From a virus, in the IMG/VR virus record IMGVR_UViG_3300031521_000049, positions 2,834-66,833 of that record: a DNA stretch of 64,000 bases. The stretch is one strand, 5' to 3'. Shown in pieces: positions 37,771 through 46,337 of the stretch. The notes under the pieces are model-generated. The model was not told where the DNA came from. It searched no databases and worked only from the letters and a program-made list of their open reading frames with translations. Made by a program: the position numbers and the translations under genes. Each line of letters starts with the position of its first letter. Position 1 is the stretch's first letter.

Positions 37771-38100
37771 GTCAGGCGAAAAGCCTATCTGATTTTAGTG
37801 GATTACATCTAACGTTTCCTGGACTCGATATTTCAGGTGAATAGTAAGGCGTACAAATAAATAGCGCCGAGGAGGGTTAAACGACTTTCAGTGTCGCGCT
37901 CTAATTTATTATTTTTAATATTTGTTGATGGTTCGCACAAGCGAATATAAAATAATTAAATTAACAATATGGAGAAAAGATGCCGCCGCGCTAATTTGTT
38001 TGCAGGGACGTATCTGACGAAAAGCCGATAAGAGCAAAAATAATTGCAAGGAATTGATTTCCAAATACGGCGATAAAGTTCGATACCAAAACGAAAATAG
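37771..38100 (+). ncRNA. Candidate structured non-coding RNA (~330 nt)
   Basis: Begins 7 nt after a promoter -10 box, GC-richer than flanks, series of hairpins, no ORF in the track. Confidence 0.5.
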
Positions 38101-38107
38101 ATAAGTT

Positions 38108-38124
38108 TCTATCCTATAATATAT
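38108..38124 (+). promoter_or_regulatory. Phage promoter motif (copy 8)
   Basis: 15/17 match upstream of sbcC-N. Confidence 0.75.
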
Positions 38125-38136
38125 ACGGGAGATATA

Positions 38137-39246
38137 ATGATAAAGTCTGTTGAGTTACAAAACTTTCGATCCCATAAACTAACGAAGATAAAATTCGACA
38201 AAGGGATTAACTCCATAGTTGGATCTTCAGGCCGAGGAAAGACACATATCCTACGAGCATTGTATTGGGTAAAAGATAACAAACCAGATGGGCTTTCTTA
38301 TATCTCTCATTTCAATCGTGATAAAAAAGGCTTGCCGATTGAGCCAACAAAAGTAATTATTGAGCTTGATAATAAAGTTTTTGTAATTCGGGAAAGGAGC
38401 AAAGAGTTTAACGGATATCGAATTAAAAATGGAAACGATGTTCAATCATTCGAAGCTATGAACGGTAAAGTGCCGGAACAAGTTTCCTCATTACTAAATA
38501 TGGATGATGTAAATGTTCAAAAACAACTCGATGCTCCTTTCCTTCTTTCTACCTCAGCTGGCGAAGTTGCAAGATTCTTAAATGGAATTATTCGCCTCGA
38601 TCTTATTGACGAAGTTCTAAGTCGCGCAGATATAAAGCATAGAAAATTAGTTTCAGATAAAAAAGACCAAGAAAAAGAATATGAAGAAATAAATAAAAAA
38701 GTTGCCGACTTAGGATTTATCGAAGATGCAAAATTGTTACTTGAGAAAATAGAAATTATCTCGAAAGAAAAAGATGAGTTAGAAAACAAAAAAGAAATAT
38801 TGATCGACATACAAGCAGAACTGCAAGAAATATATGACATAACAACAGAAGCAAAAGAAATTATAAAAGCAGAATCTATTGTTGAACAGATTGAAACTAT
38901 CCTTGAGAATAAAAAATCAAAAGAAAAAAAATATAAATCATTATTGAATATTAAAAATGAATTATCCAAATTAGAAAAAGATTTGGATATTGGGTACGAT
39001 ATAAAAGAAGTTAAAGAATTAATTGAAAAAATCGAATCTGTATATACTATAATAAAAGAGAACAAACAACGAAGAAAAGATTTAAAAGGAATTCAAGAGC
39101 AAATAAACACTCTTGATGATTTTATAAGAAAGAACACTAAATATATTTTAGCTCAAGAAAAAGAAATTGAGAAAATATTGCCTGATGAGTGTCCTTGGTG
39201 TCATAGACCTTTGGATAAGAAACATTTTATGGAGAATCATAAATGA
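38137..39246 (+). CDS. sbcC: SbcC/Rad50-like ATPase, N-terminal half
   Basis: LQNFRSH, Walker A GSSGRGKT, Q-loop QKQLD, coiled coil ending at zinc hook CPWC. Confidence 0.85.
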   Translation: MIKSVELQNFRSHKLTKIKFDKGINSIVGSSGRGKTHILRALYWVKDNKPDGLSYISHFNRDKKGLPIEPTKVIIELDNKVFVIRERSKEFNGYRIKNGNDVQSFEAMNGKVPEQVSSLLNMDDVNVQKQLDAPFLLSTSAGEVARFLNGIIRLDLIDEVLSRADIKHRKLVSDKKDQEKEYEEINKKVADLGFIEDAKLLLEKIEIISKEKDELENKKEILIDIQAELQEIYDITTEAKEIIKAESIVEQIETILENKKSKEKKYKSLLNIKNELSKLEKDLDIGYDIKEVKELIEKIESVYTIIKENKQRRKDLKGIQEQINTLDDFIRKNTKYILAQEKEIEKILPDECPWCHRPLDKKHFMENHK

Positions 39247-40181
39247 AAGCAGTTGTTTGTAGTGATCTTCATGTCCGTTCTGATCGTCCTCGTTGCAGAA
39301 TAGATGGTGGCAAATTAATAGGCGACATAAAAGCAAGCGAAGCATGGCAAACTTTTCAATGGACTTGCCTTTCGTTTATTGCAAATCAAGCAAACCTAAA
39401 AGATGCTCAGTTAATTTGTGTTGGAGATATTTTTAATAAAGTCCACGTTCCTGATGCTGTTGTAAATGATGTTGTTACAGAATTTAATCGAGTTATAAAA
39501 GTAGTTAGAATACTTTGTGGTAATCACGATCTTCCTGGACATAACTTTAAAAACATAAAAGATTCTTCGATTGGTATTTTATGGGCAATGACTGAACAGC
39601 AAGATTCCAAAATAAAAAAGATTGCAGGAGCGGGATGTTACGCAAATTTTAATGAGAAAACAAAAGAAAGCAAAACAAATCCAGATATTCTTTTTATTCA
39701 TAGATTGGTATTTGAAACTAAATCAGAAATGCCACCGAACACTGAAGCGACAACAGCGCAAGAATTACTTGATGAATATCCAGATATGAAATGGATCTTT
39801 GTTGGCGATATGCATAGGGGCTTTCATTATGTGTCAAAAGGAAGACACGTTGTAAATTGTGGTTGTATAAATAAACAATCGGCAGATGAACTTGATTATT
39901 CTCCATCCGTTTGGTTCGTAGATACAGATAAAAATATTATTGAAAGAATTAAAATGCCTGATGACTCTGAATTCGTTGATGATTCATATCTTAAAAACGA
40001 AAAAGAACGAAATGAAAAACTAAGTGCATTTGCAGAAGCTATTAAAATAAAAAAGCATTGCAAACATATGGGATTGTCTTTTGATAAAAATATTGAAACT
40101 GAATTAGAAAAAAATAAAAAGAGTTTAGGTGAAGCTGTTGTTTCTGAAGTTTTAGAATTAATGGAAGGAGTTGCAAAATGA
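39243..40181 (+). CDS. sbcD: SbcD/Mre11-like metallophosphoesterase nuclease
   Basis: SDLH, GDIF, GNHD, GDMH motifs. Confidence 0.88.
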   Translation: MKAVVCSDLHVRSDRPRCRIDGGKLIGDIKASEAWQTFQWTCLSFIANQANLKDAQLICVGDIFNKVHVPDAVVNDVVTEFNRVIKVVRILCGNHDLPGHNFKNIKDSSIGILWAMTEQQDSKIKKIAGAGCYANFNEKTKESKTNPDILFIHRLVFETKSEMPPNTEATTAQELLDEYPDMKWIFVGDMHRGFHYVSKGRHVVNCGCINKQSADELDYSPSVWFVDTDKNIIERIKMPDDSEFVDDSYLKNEKERNEKLSAFAEAIKIKKHCKHMGLSFDKNIETELEKNKKSLGEAVVSEVLELMEGVAK

Positions 40182-40432
40182 TTAAGACTAACAAGAAAAT
40201 GGTTTTTGATTATTTGGATTCTGTAGATCGTAACGTTGTTTTTCACGGAAGAGATTTGAAGGATCATATCTTTTTTGCAACTGGTAAAGATCCATATACC
40301 GAAACCGTCCTAAAATATGCAAGAGATTATTGTTGCACTAAAAAAGCAACTTTGGTTTGTCTTAATAAACAGAAAAGCCTATATAGTTTTTCACCAGAAC
40401 CCTTATCACATTTTAAATTAGGAGTAAATTAA
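40178..40432 (+). CDS. Hypothetical protein
   Basis: Coupled ORF. Confidence 0.55.
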   Translation: MIKTNKKMVFDYLDSVDRNVVFHGRDLKDHIFFATGKDPYTETVLKYARDYCCTKKATLVCLNKQKSLYSFSPEPLSHFKLGVN

Positions 40433-40681
40433 ATGGCTGTTACTATTGACGACATTGATTCTATAAAAGAAAAAATAGCTGATGCAAAAAACAAAAGCGC
40501 AAAAGCTGAAGGTGCTAAAGAAAGATTGACTGCTCAGTTGTATGAAGATTTCGATATAGAAAGCGGAGATGATATCGATTCAAAAATAACTGAGTATGAT
40601 GATTCAATAGAAAAAGACGAAAAGAAAATTGAAAAGCTTTTAACCAAGCTCGACGAAATGCACGATTGGGAAGAAGAATGA
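40433..40681 (+). CDS. Coiled-coil protein (probable middle piece of split SbcC)
   Basis: 82 aa heptad-rich, coupled to SbcC C-lobe. Confidence 0.55.
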   Translation: MAVTIDDIDSIKEKIADAKNKSAKAEGAKERLTAQLYEDFDIESGDDIDSKITEYDDSIEKDEKKIEKLLTKLDEMHDWEEE

Positions 40682-41286
40682 ATTCAATACAGTTTTATTC
40701 TGACAAAATAAATAATCTATCCACAAGAAAAACTATTTATGAAGAAAAAATATCTTCAATTAAAAAGTCAGTAAAAACTATTGATAAAAAAATAGATATA
40801 CTTGAAAAAGCTCAAGCATTTATACAGAAGGTGGCGCAAGAAACACAGTCACAATTAAAATTTCAAATATCAGGTCCAGTCCAACTTGCTCTCGATGCTT
40901 GCTGGCCTGATGAAAAAGTATTCAGCCTTGAGTTTGATATAAAAAATAATCGTACAGTTGCACAATTAAAATTTCTTGATAATGGAAATTTAGTTGACCC
41001 GACAGAAGAGGATGGAGGCGGAGTTGTTGATGTTGCAGCTTTTGCTTTACGAATATCGACTTGGTCATTAGGAAAATCTGCTCCAGTAATTTTAGTTGAT
41101 GAACCTTTTAAAATGTTGTCTGTTGATTTGTCAGAAAAGATTGGTGATATTATGAAAGAACTATCAGAGAAACTTGGAATACAATTTATAATGGTAACTT
41201 CCCATGGATTAAATATGAGTGAAATTTCAGATAAAGTTTTTGAAATAACAAAACACAAAAAAATAAGTGAGGTTAAAGAATTATGA
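40678..41286 (+). CDS. SbcC/Rad50-like ATPase, C-terminal half
   Basis: Signature GGGVVDV.AFALR, Walker B ILVDEPF, H-loop VTSH. Confidence 0.8.
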   Translation: MNSIQFYSDKINNLSTRKTIYEEKISSIKKSVKTIDKKIDILEKAQAFIQKVAQETQSQLKFQISGPVQLALDACWPDEKVFSLEFDIKNNRTVAQLKFLDNGNLVDPTEEDGGGVVDVAAFALRISTWSLGKSAPVILVDEPFKMLSVDLSEKIGDIMKELSEKLGIQFIMVTSHGLNMSEISDKVFEITKHKKISEVKEL

Positions 41287-41519
41287 TTTTTTCATTTGAT
41301 GGACCCTTCCCAAAAATAAACAATATTGTAAAAAATGGAATCGTTCTTAAAAACAAGGAAGGCAAAATAATAATATATGATACTGGTTATGCTTGTTGCT
41401 TTGATAACGGAAAATTAGATATGTGGCAAACAGAAATATATATTATACAGAGGTATGTTGACGAAGGAAAATACGAAATAATGCCAAAAGGATTCAAAAT
41501 AACAATCGAACAAGATTAA
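41283..41519 (+). CDS. Hypothetical protein
   Basis: Coupled ORF. Confidence 0.5.
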   Translation: MIFSFDGPFPKINNIVKNGIVLKNKEGKIIIYDTGYACCFDNGKLDMWQTEIYIIQRYVDEGKYEIMPKGFKITIEQD

Positions 41520-41550
41520 TATTTATTTTTTCTATAAAATACTATATAAT
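41515..41550 (+). promoter_or_regulatory. Second-class promoter core upstream of porin/ABC module
   Basis: 29/36 ungapped identity to 62047-62082 upstream of scaffold/capsid operon. Confidence 0.55.
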
Positions 41551-41591
41551 TGTTTTTAAATTAAATTAAGGAGGATCAAGGAGGTTGTAAA

Positions 41592-41729
41592 TTGCCTAAT
41601 AAAAATGTCGAGTATGATATTGAAGAAGGCGATGAGGATGACAAAATGTATGATGAAATGGATGATCTGAATAAAAAAGAAACAGATCAACATGATCCTG
41701 ATTTTTTTAATGGAGGAGACAAAGAATGA
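41592..41729 (+). CDS. Small acidic protein (45 aa, TTG start)
   Basis: Tandem AAGGAGG RBS; ATGA overlap with porin gene. Confidence 0.5.
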   Translation: MPNKNVEYDIEEGDEDDKMYDEMDDLNKKETDQHDPDFFNGGDKE

Positions 41730-42739
41730 AGAAAGTTGTTTTTTTATTGGTTTTGACGCTTTTCGGGATTTTATTTTCCCAGGAAGCAAAAAATCCTTTT
41801 TCAATCAGCGGCAACGTATATACCGGACTTAGGTCGGATATTACAAAAAGCAGTAATACTATTTATGCGAACGAAAATTCAAATGGGACGCCGATTTGGG
41901 CAAACGTAAGAGCAAGTTATTCTTTTGATGATAATGCTGGAGCGGTTTTGAATTTCAGAGTTAAAGGGATAGATTCTGTTTTCGCAACATCATCAAGATT
42001 TTATCTCTTTCTAAATCGCGGTTATATTTGGTCTAAATTTGCAGGTGGGCAAGTAAAAATTAGAACTGGATATCTTTGGGATTCTGATTTCGAAACATCT
42101 AATAATGGTTGGGATACTGCATCCAATTATGAGTGGGTGACTGAAGCAACTTTTAACCCAGCAAAGAATTTGGAAATTGGTGCTACATTGCCAACTCCTT
42201 ATGACGGAAAAACAAGTCTTGAGGATTCTGCAAAAAACACCACTTATGGGGTTCTTTATTCACCAACAAACTTTAGGCTTTCTATTATGGGAGAATATGG
42301 AGCAACAGAATCAAATCGAGATGTTAATTTTGGGGTTGATTTTACTGGAATCAAAAACACTCTTTTCAGGATTGAAGGCGATTTACAACAAATAGGTTTT
42401 TCTGACTTGGGTTACAATCAGCTTTTTCAAGAAACATCTTATACCTTTGGTTCTGTAACTTCTGATATACAAGTGACAGAGTATTTGTACAAAAACGGAG
42501 ATTCAAATAAATTCAAGATTTATCCCAATATTCTTTTTGTTAACAACGGTGTTTCTTATTATACAGCACTAAATGTTACTTTGATTAAAGGATCAAGTGA
42601 TATTTATAAACAAATCGAAGTTAGTGCAAAAAAGAACATAAATCCAAAGACAAGTATCAAGGGCGGTTCTTACTTTACTTTTGATCCGTCCTCAGATTTT
42701 ATGTTCAGTCCATATCTTGAATTTATTGCAACATTCTAA
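41726..42739 (+). CDS. Outer-membrane beta-barrel protein (porin-like)
   Basis: Signal peptide, alternating aromatic/hydrophobic beta strands, C-terminal YLEFIATF (BAM-type terminal Phe). Confidence 0.7.
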   Translation: MKKVVFLLVLTLFGILFSQEAKNPFSISGNVYTGLRSDITKSSNTIYANENSNGTPIWANVRASYSFDDNAGAVLNFRVKGIDSVFATSSRFYLFLNRGYIWSKFAGGQVKIRTGYLWDSDFETSNNGWDTASNYEWVTEATFNPAKNLEIGATLPTPYDGKTSLEDSAKNTTYGVLYSPTNFRLSIMGEYGATESNRDVNFGVDFTGIKNTLFRIEGDLQQIGFSDLGYNQLFQETSYTFGSVTSDIQVTEYLYKNGDSNKFKIYPNILFVNNGVSYYTALNVTLIKGSSDIYKQIEVSAKKNINPKTSIKGGSYFTFDPSSDFMFSPYLEFIATF

Positions 42740-42749
42740 AAGGAGTTAA

Positions 42750-44009
42750 TTGATGAAAAGATTTTTTGTTTGTATTTTGATTGTTTTGCTTGCCTATTCG
42801 GTGTTTGCTGAAAAGAAAATTACTGTACTTCAGATTGGCGATATTAAATTTGCAAACGGCCATACAATGTGGGGCGATGCAATTGCAAAACTCAAAGTTG
42901 TTTATCCTGATGTAATTGTAGAATTTGTTTCTGTCGATCAGACTGGTGGAACCACGATGACTATGGACGCCATGCTTGCCGCAGGAAGTGCACCTAATAT
43001 TTATTATGATTCACAAGTACGAACAGGAAAATATCTTGTAAAAGAATATGCTTTGCCTTTGAATAAGCTTGTGTCTGATATTAATAAGTATGATCCTGCC
43101 GCTATCGCCCCTTTTACAAAAAAAGGAGACGTTCTTGGCTTGCCAATGCCAGGAAGCTCCCAAGGGATGTTTATCAATCTCGATATAATGAAAGAAATAG
43201 GATATACCGTTCCCGTAGATTGGACAATTTCAGATTTTCTTAAAATGGCAGAACTTGTAAAGCAGAAATACAATGGTAAAAAATACGCTACTGGGTTTTT
43301 TGCTGCAAGTCAGTCAGGCGATTATTTGATTAATAACTGGTTTGCATCTTTCGGCGTTCCTTTTTACGAGAACGGAAATTATGACAAACCTGTTATGGCA
43401 GATAAAGGTGGAGTTAAGGTTTATGAATTTTATCAGTTGCTAATGAAAAACGGATATATTTATAAAGACTCTGCAAACATTCAAGATGATGATTTTATTC
43501 TTCAGTGGTGCGCTGGTAATATTGCAGCAACAGCATTTTTCCCAGCTTGGATAAAAGCATATCTTGACTCTGCTATTGCTCAAGGAACAATTACTAAGTA
43601 CCCAAATTATACTTTTGTTGCTTTTCCGCGAGCTCCTGGCGTTACAAAAGTTCCGACTTATACAAATGGGTGCGGAGTAGTTATCCATAAAACTGGAACT
43701 GACCTTGATATTATTTCTGCAAAACTTGTTGAGTTTTTAGGTGATGCAGAATCACAAGGCAATCAAGCGAAGTATCAGAACAATGCACCGATTCGATCAG
43801 ATGCAACATATTTTACAACTGACCCTTATCTAAAAATGATTGATGGTATTATTGCAAAGAACGGAGTTATGGATGTCGGCGTTTCAGATCCTCGCTTTCC
43901 TGAGCGTCGAGCAATTCAATATCCTATTTTGCAGAAGCTTTTGGCATTCAAGATCACTCCTGAAGATGCTATAAAAGAATACCAGAAAAAGATGAGTGAA
44001 GTTAAATAA
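42750..44009 (+). CDS. Carbohydrate ABC transporter solute-binding protein
   Basis: Signal peptide ..VFA, AAGSAPNI, LPLN, GLP, FINLDI.KE.G..VP..WT..DF family-1 SBP motifs. Confidence 0.88.
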   Translation: MMKRFFVCILIVLLAYSVFAEKKITVLQIGDIKFANGHTMWGDAIAKLKVVYPDVIVEFVSVDQTGGTTMTMDAMLAAGSAPNIYYDSQVRTGKYLVKEYALPLNKLVSDINKYDPAAIAPFTKKGDVLGLPMPGSSQGMFINLDIMKEIGYTVPVDWTISDFLKMAELVKQKYNGKKYATGFFAASQSGDYLINNWFASFGVPFYENGNYDKPVMADKGGVKVYEFYQLLMKNGYIYKDSANIQDDDFILQWCAGNIAATAFFPAWIKAYLDSAIAQGTITKYPNYTFVAFPRAPGVTKVPTYTNGCGVVIHKTGTDLDIISAKLVEFLGDAESQGNQAKYQNNAPIRSDATYFTTDPYLKMIDGIIAKNGVMDVGVSDPRFPERRAIQYPILQKLLAFKITPEDAIKEYQKKMSEVK

Positions 44010-44012
44010 TTT

Positions 44013-44855
44013 ATGAAAAACAAAATGAAAGTCATATTGATTTTGCCAACTCTTATATTTTTTGCCATATTCACAATCTGGCCATTGTGTGAAGTTATAT
44101 GGCTTTCATTTTTCAAAACAAATTTTATAGTTACTAAATTTGTATTTTTAGATAATTATAAAAATGTAATTACTAATCCAGATTTTTTACAATCTGTTTA
44201 TAATTCTTTATTTTATACTATCTTGCTTGCACCAGCTCAAGTATTTTTTGGGTTTGTTGGTGCGTTGATTGTTTTTGAGTTAAGTAAAAAATGGCAAGAT
44301 ATATCGAGAATTCTTTTTTATGTTCCTGTATTGTCATCAGGAATAATAATAGCTCAAGTTTGGAAATGGGCATTTGGAATGGAAGGTCCATTTAATTGGC
44401 TCTTATCTTTTATAAATATTTCTCCGATCGCTTGGTTTGCAAAAGGAGAAACAGGAATTCCAACAGTTGCTTTTATTGTTTTGTTTTCATCTATTGGTGG
44501 AAATATAATAATTATTTTAACTGCATTGCTAGATGTTGATAAATCATTAATTGATTCTGGTAAAATAGACGGAGCTAATTATTTTCAATGTGTTAAGCAT
44601 ATTTTGACTCCAGCAATAAGCCCTATATTAAAAGTTGTTTTTATTGCATCGATAGTAAATGCTTTTCAGATATATGAAACTATAATGATGCTTTGCCCAT
44701 ATATTCATACTTCGACAATGACTTATTATATTTATCAAACAGGATTCAAGAATTCAAATTATGGATCAGCAGCAGTAGAGTCAATTTTGTTAATGATAAT
44801 TGTTATGAGTCTTTTAGCTATTCAGAAGAAGATTAAAAATGAAAAAAGAGTATAA
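44013..44855 (+). CDS. Carbohydrate ABC transporter permease (MalF/UgpA type)
   Basis: Multiple TMs, FVFLDNY, EAA-like loop SLIDSGKIDGA, G.AA. Confidence 0.9.
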   Translation: MKNKMKVILILPTLIFFAIFTIWPLCEVIWLSFFKTNFIVTKFVFLDNYKNVITNPDFLQSVYNSLFYTILLAPAQVFFGFVGALIVFELSKKWQDISRILFYVPVLSSGIIIAQVWKWAFGMEGPFNWLLSFINISPIAWFAKGETGIPTVAFIVLFSSIGGNIIIILTALLDVDKSLIDSGKIDGANYFQCVKHILTPAISPILKVVFIASIVNAFQIYETIMMLCPYIHTSTMTYYIYQTGFKNSNYGSAAVESILLMIIVMSLLAIQKKIKNEKRV

Positions 44856-45078
44856 GGCAGATTTAATAGCAAAAGAAAATCCTCGATGGAACAATGTAAA
44901 AGATGGTTTGCCAGTTCCATCAAAATTCGTTCGATGGTTAACAGCAGATGGAATTATATTATACAGAGCATTAGTTTCTATGACAGATAAAGATATGATT
45001 GGAAGAAACGCAACAAATAAATATAAATGTTTATATTGGAGAAATCTAAAGATAAAAAAGGTTGATGATGAAAAATAA
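44839..45078 (+). CDS. Small phage-type hypothetical inserted between permeases
   Basis: RW..VKDGLP...YWR pattern (DUF551-like). Confidence 0.55.
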   Translation: MKKEYKADLIAKENPRWNNVKDGLPVPSKFVRWLTADGIILYRALVSMTDKDMIGRNATNKYKCLYWRNLKIKKVDDEK

Positions 45079-45898
45079 AAAGATTTTGTTGAAGATACTT
45101 TTGGTCGTTTTGTTTGTTGTTATGTTTGTTCCTTTATGGTTTATGTTTGTCGGAAGTATGCAGAATCTAAATGGCGTTATGAGAATGCCACCTAAACTTT
45201 TCCCATATCCTTTCTTTTTGAATAACTATTTATCTTTTTTAGATTATCCTTTAATGACTTGGTTTAAAAATACAGTTTGGTCTTTATTTGTTATGGTTGT
45301 TATTTCTGTTTTTATTTCATCAAGCACTGGATATTTTTTCGCGACAACAAATTTTAAGTTTAAAGAAGTATTCTTTGCAATACTTTTAATTGGAATGTTG
45401 ATGCCGAGAATTTCTTTTTTGATTCCTCAATACATAATATTAAAAAAGATTCATTTATCGGGAATGTTGATCGGCGTTGTTTTATCAAGTGCATATACAA
45501 GTTACGGAATATTGCTTGCAAGAAATTATTTTGAATCAATTCCTAAATCGTTATTTGAAGCAGCAGCAATAGACGGAGCGAACGATTGGGATATTTTGTT
45601 TCATATTGTTCTTCCTATAACTCCACCAGCAATCGCAACTCTCGCTTTATCAACTTCTATTTTTTATCTATCTGATTTTATATGGCAAATGCTTGTTCTT
45701 CAGAATGATAAAAATATGACTTTATTAATCGGAATGATAAAGACAACTATGCAGATTCAATTTAGCGGGAGCAACGGCATTAATCCTTTAGGGCGAATGA
45801 TGGCGGTCGGAATTATTCTTTTGATTCCCTTGGTTATAATATTTTTAATTGCTAACAAGTATTTTACAAGTTCAAGAGGCGGAGAAATAAAGGAGTAA
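45062..45898 (+). CDS. Carbohydrate ABC transporter permease (MalG/UgpE type)
   Basis: Multiple TMs, IPKSLFEAAAIDGA, C-terminal GGEIKE. Confidence 0.9.
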   Translation: MMMKNKKILLKILLVVLFVVMFVPLWFMFVGSMQNLNGVMRMPPKLFPYPFFLNNYLSFLDYPLMTWFKNTVWSLFVMVVISVFISSSTGYFFATTNFKFKEVFFAILLIGMLMPRISFLIPQYIILKKIHLSGMLIGVVLSSAYTSYGILLARNYFESIPKSLFEAAAIDGANDWDILFHIVLPITPPAIATLALSTSIFYLSDFIWQMLVLQNDKNMTLLIGMIKTTMQIQFSGSNGINPLGRMMAVGIILLIPLVIIFLIANKYFTSSRGGEIKE

Positions 45899-45901
45899 TG
45901 A

Positions 45902-46186
45902 ATGATTTCAGAAAACATCTGGATTAGAAAAGAGGCGTTTGCAAGATGGAAAGAAAGGATGACAAGTTCTGATCTTTTTCAAAAATCAAATAGAAAAGGA
46001 ATTAATCTTTCATATTGCGCTTTTATGACTGCTTGGAACTTAGCACAATTAACTTTGCTTCGAGCTATTATAAATGATACGGAGAATGAAGGAATTGTAA
46101 ATAATAATATTTATACCAAACTTTACGAAATACAAGAGGAGGTTTTAACATATGAAAAAGTACAAACTAACATCCAAAGCAATTGA
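45902..46186 (+). CDS. Hypothetical protein
   Basis: AAGGAG RBS. Confidence 0.5.
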   Translation: MISENIWIRKEAFARWKERMTSSDLFQKSNRKGINLSYCAFMTAWNLAQLTLLRAIINDTENEGIVNNNIYTKLYEIQEEVLTYEKVQTNIQSN

Positions 46187-46337
46187 TTTATTTAAGAAAG
46201 GATTTATAGAAGAAGAAGGTGAATTTTCTTTTTTACGAATAGAATTAGATGATTGTGAATTAGGACAACAACATTCTATAATTTCTTTTTTTACAAATGT
46301 ATTAAACAACAAAAAATATTTTAAAGAGGTAAAGTAA
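46152..46337 (+). CDS. Hypothetical protein
   Basis: GGAGG RBS, coupled to next gene. Confidence 0.5.
   Translation: MKKYKLTSKAIDLFKKGFIEEEGEFSFLRIELDDCELGQQHSIISFFTNVLNNKKYFKEVK

Noticed and set aside
38070-38095. tRNA-like T-loop GTTCGAT
   Set aside because: No T-stem, acceptor stem or anticodon arm; no tRNA gene was found by eye anywhere in the window
38010-38115. Hammerhead ribozyme (CTGACGA ... CGAAA)
   Set aside because: No stem II closes between CTGACGA and GAAA, and the A15.1-U16.1 pair plus cleavage triplet do not fit
38517-39065. Long antisense ORFs (also 8817-9275, 13436-14023, 39896-40267, 40863-41258, 61262-61615)
   Set aside because: Opposite to well-supported genes, no RBS, composition typical of reverse-complement frames
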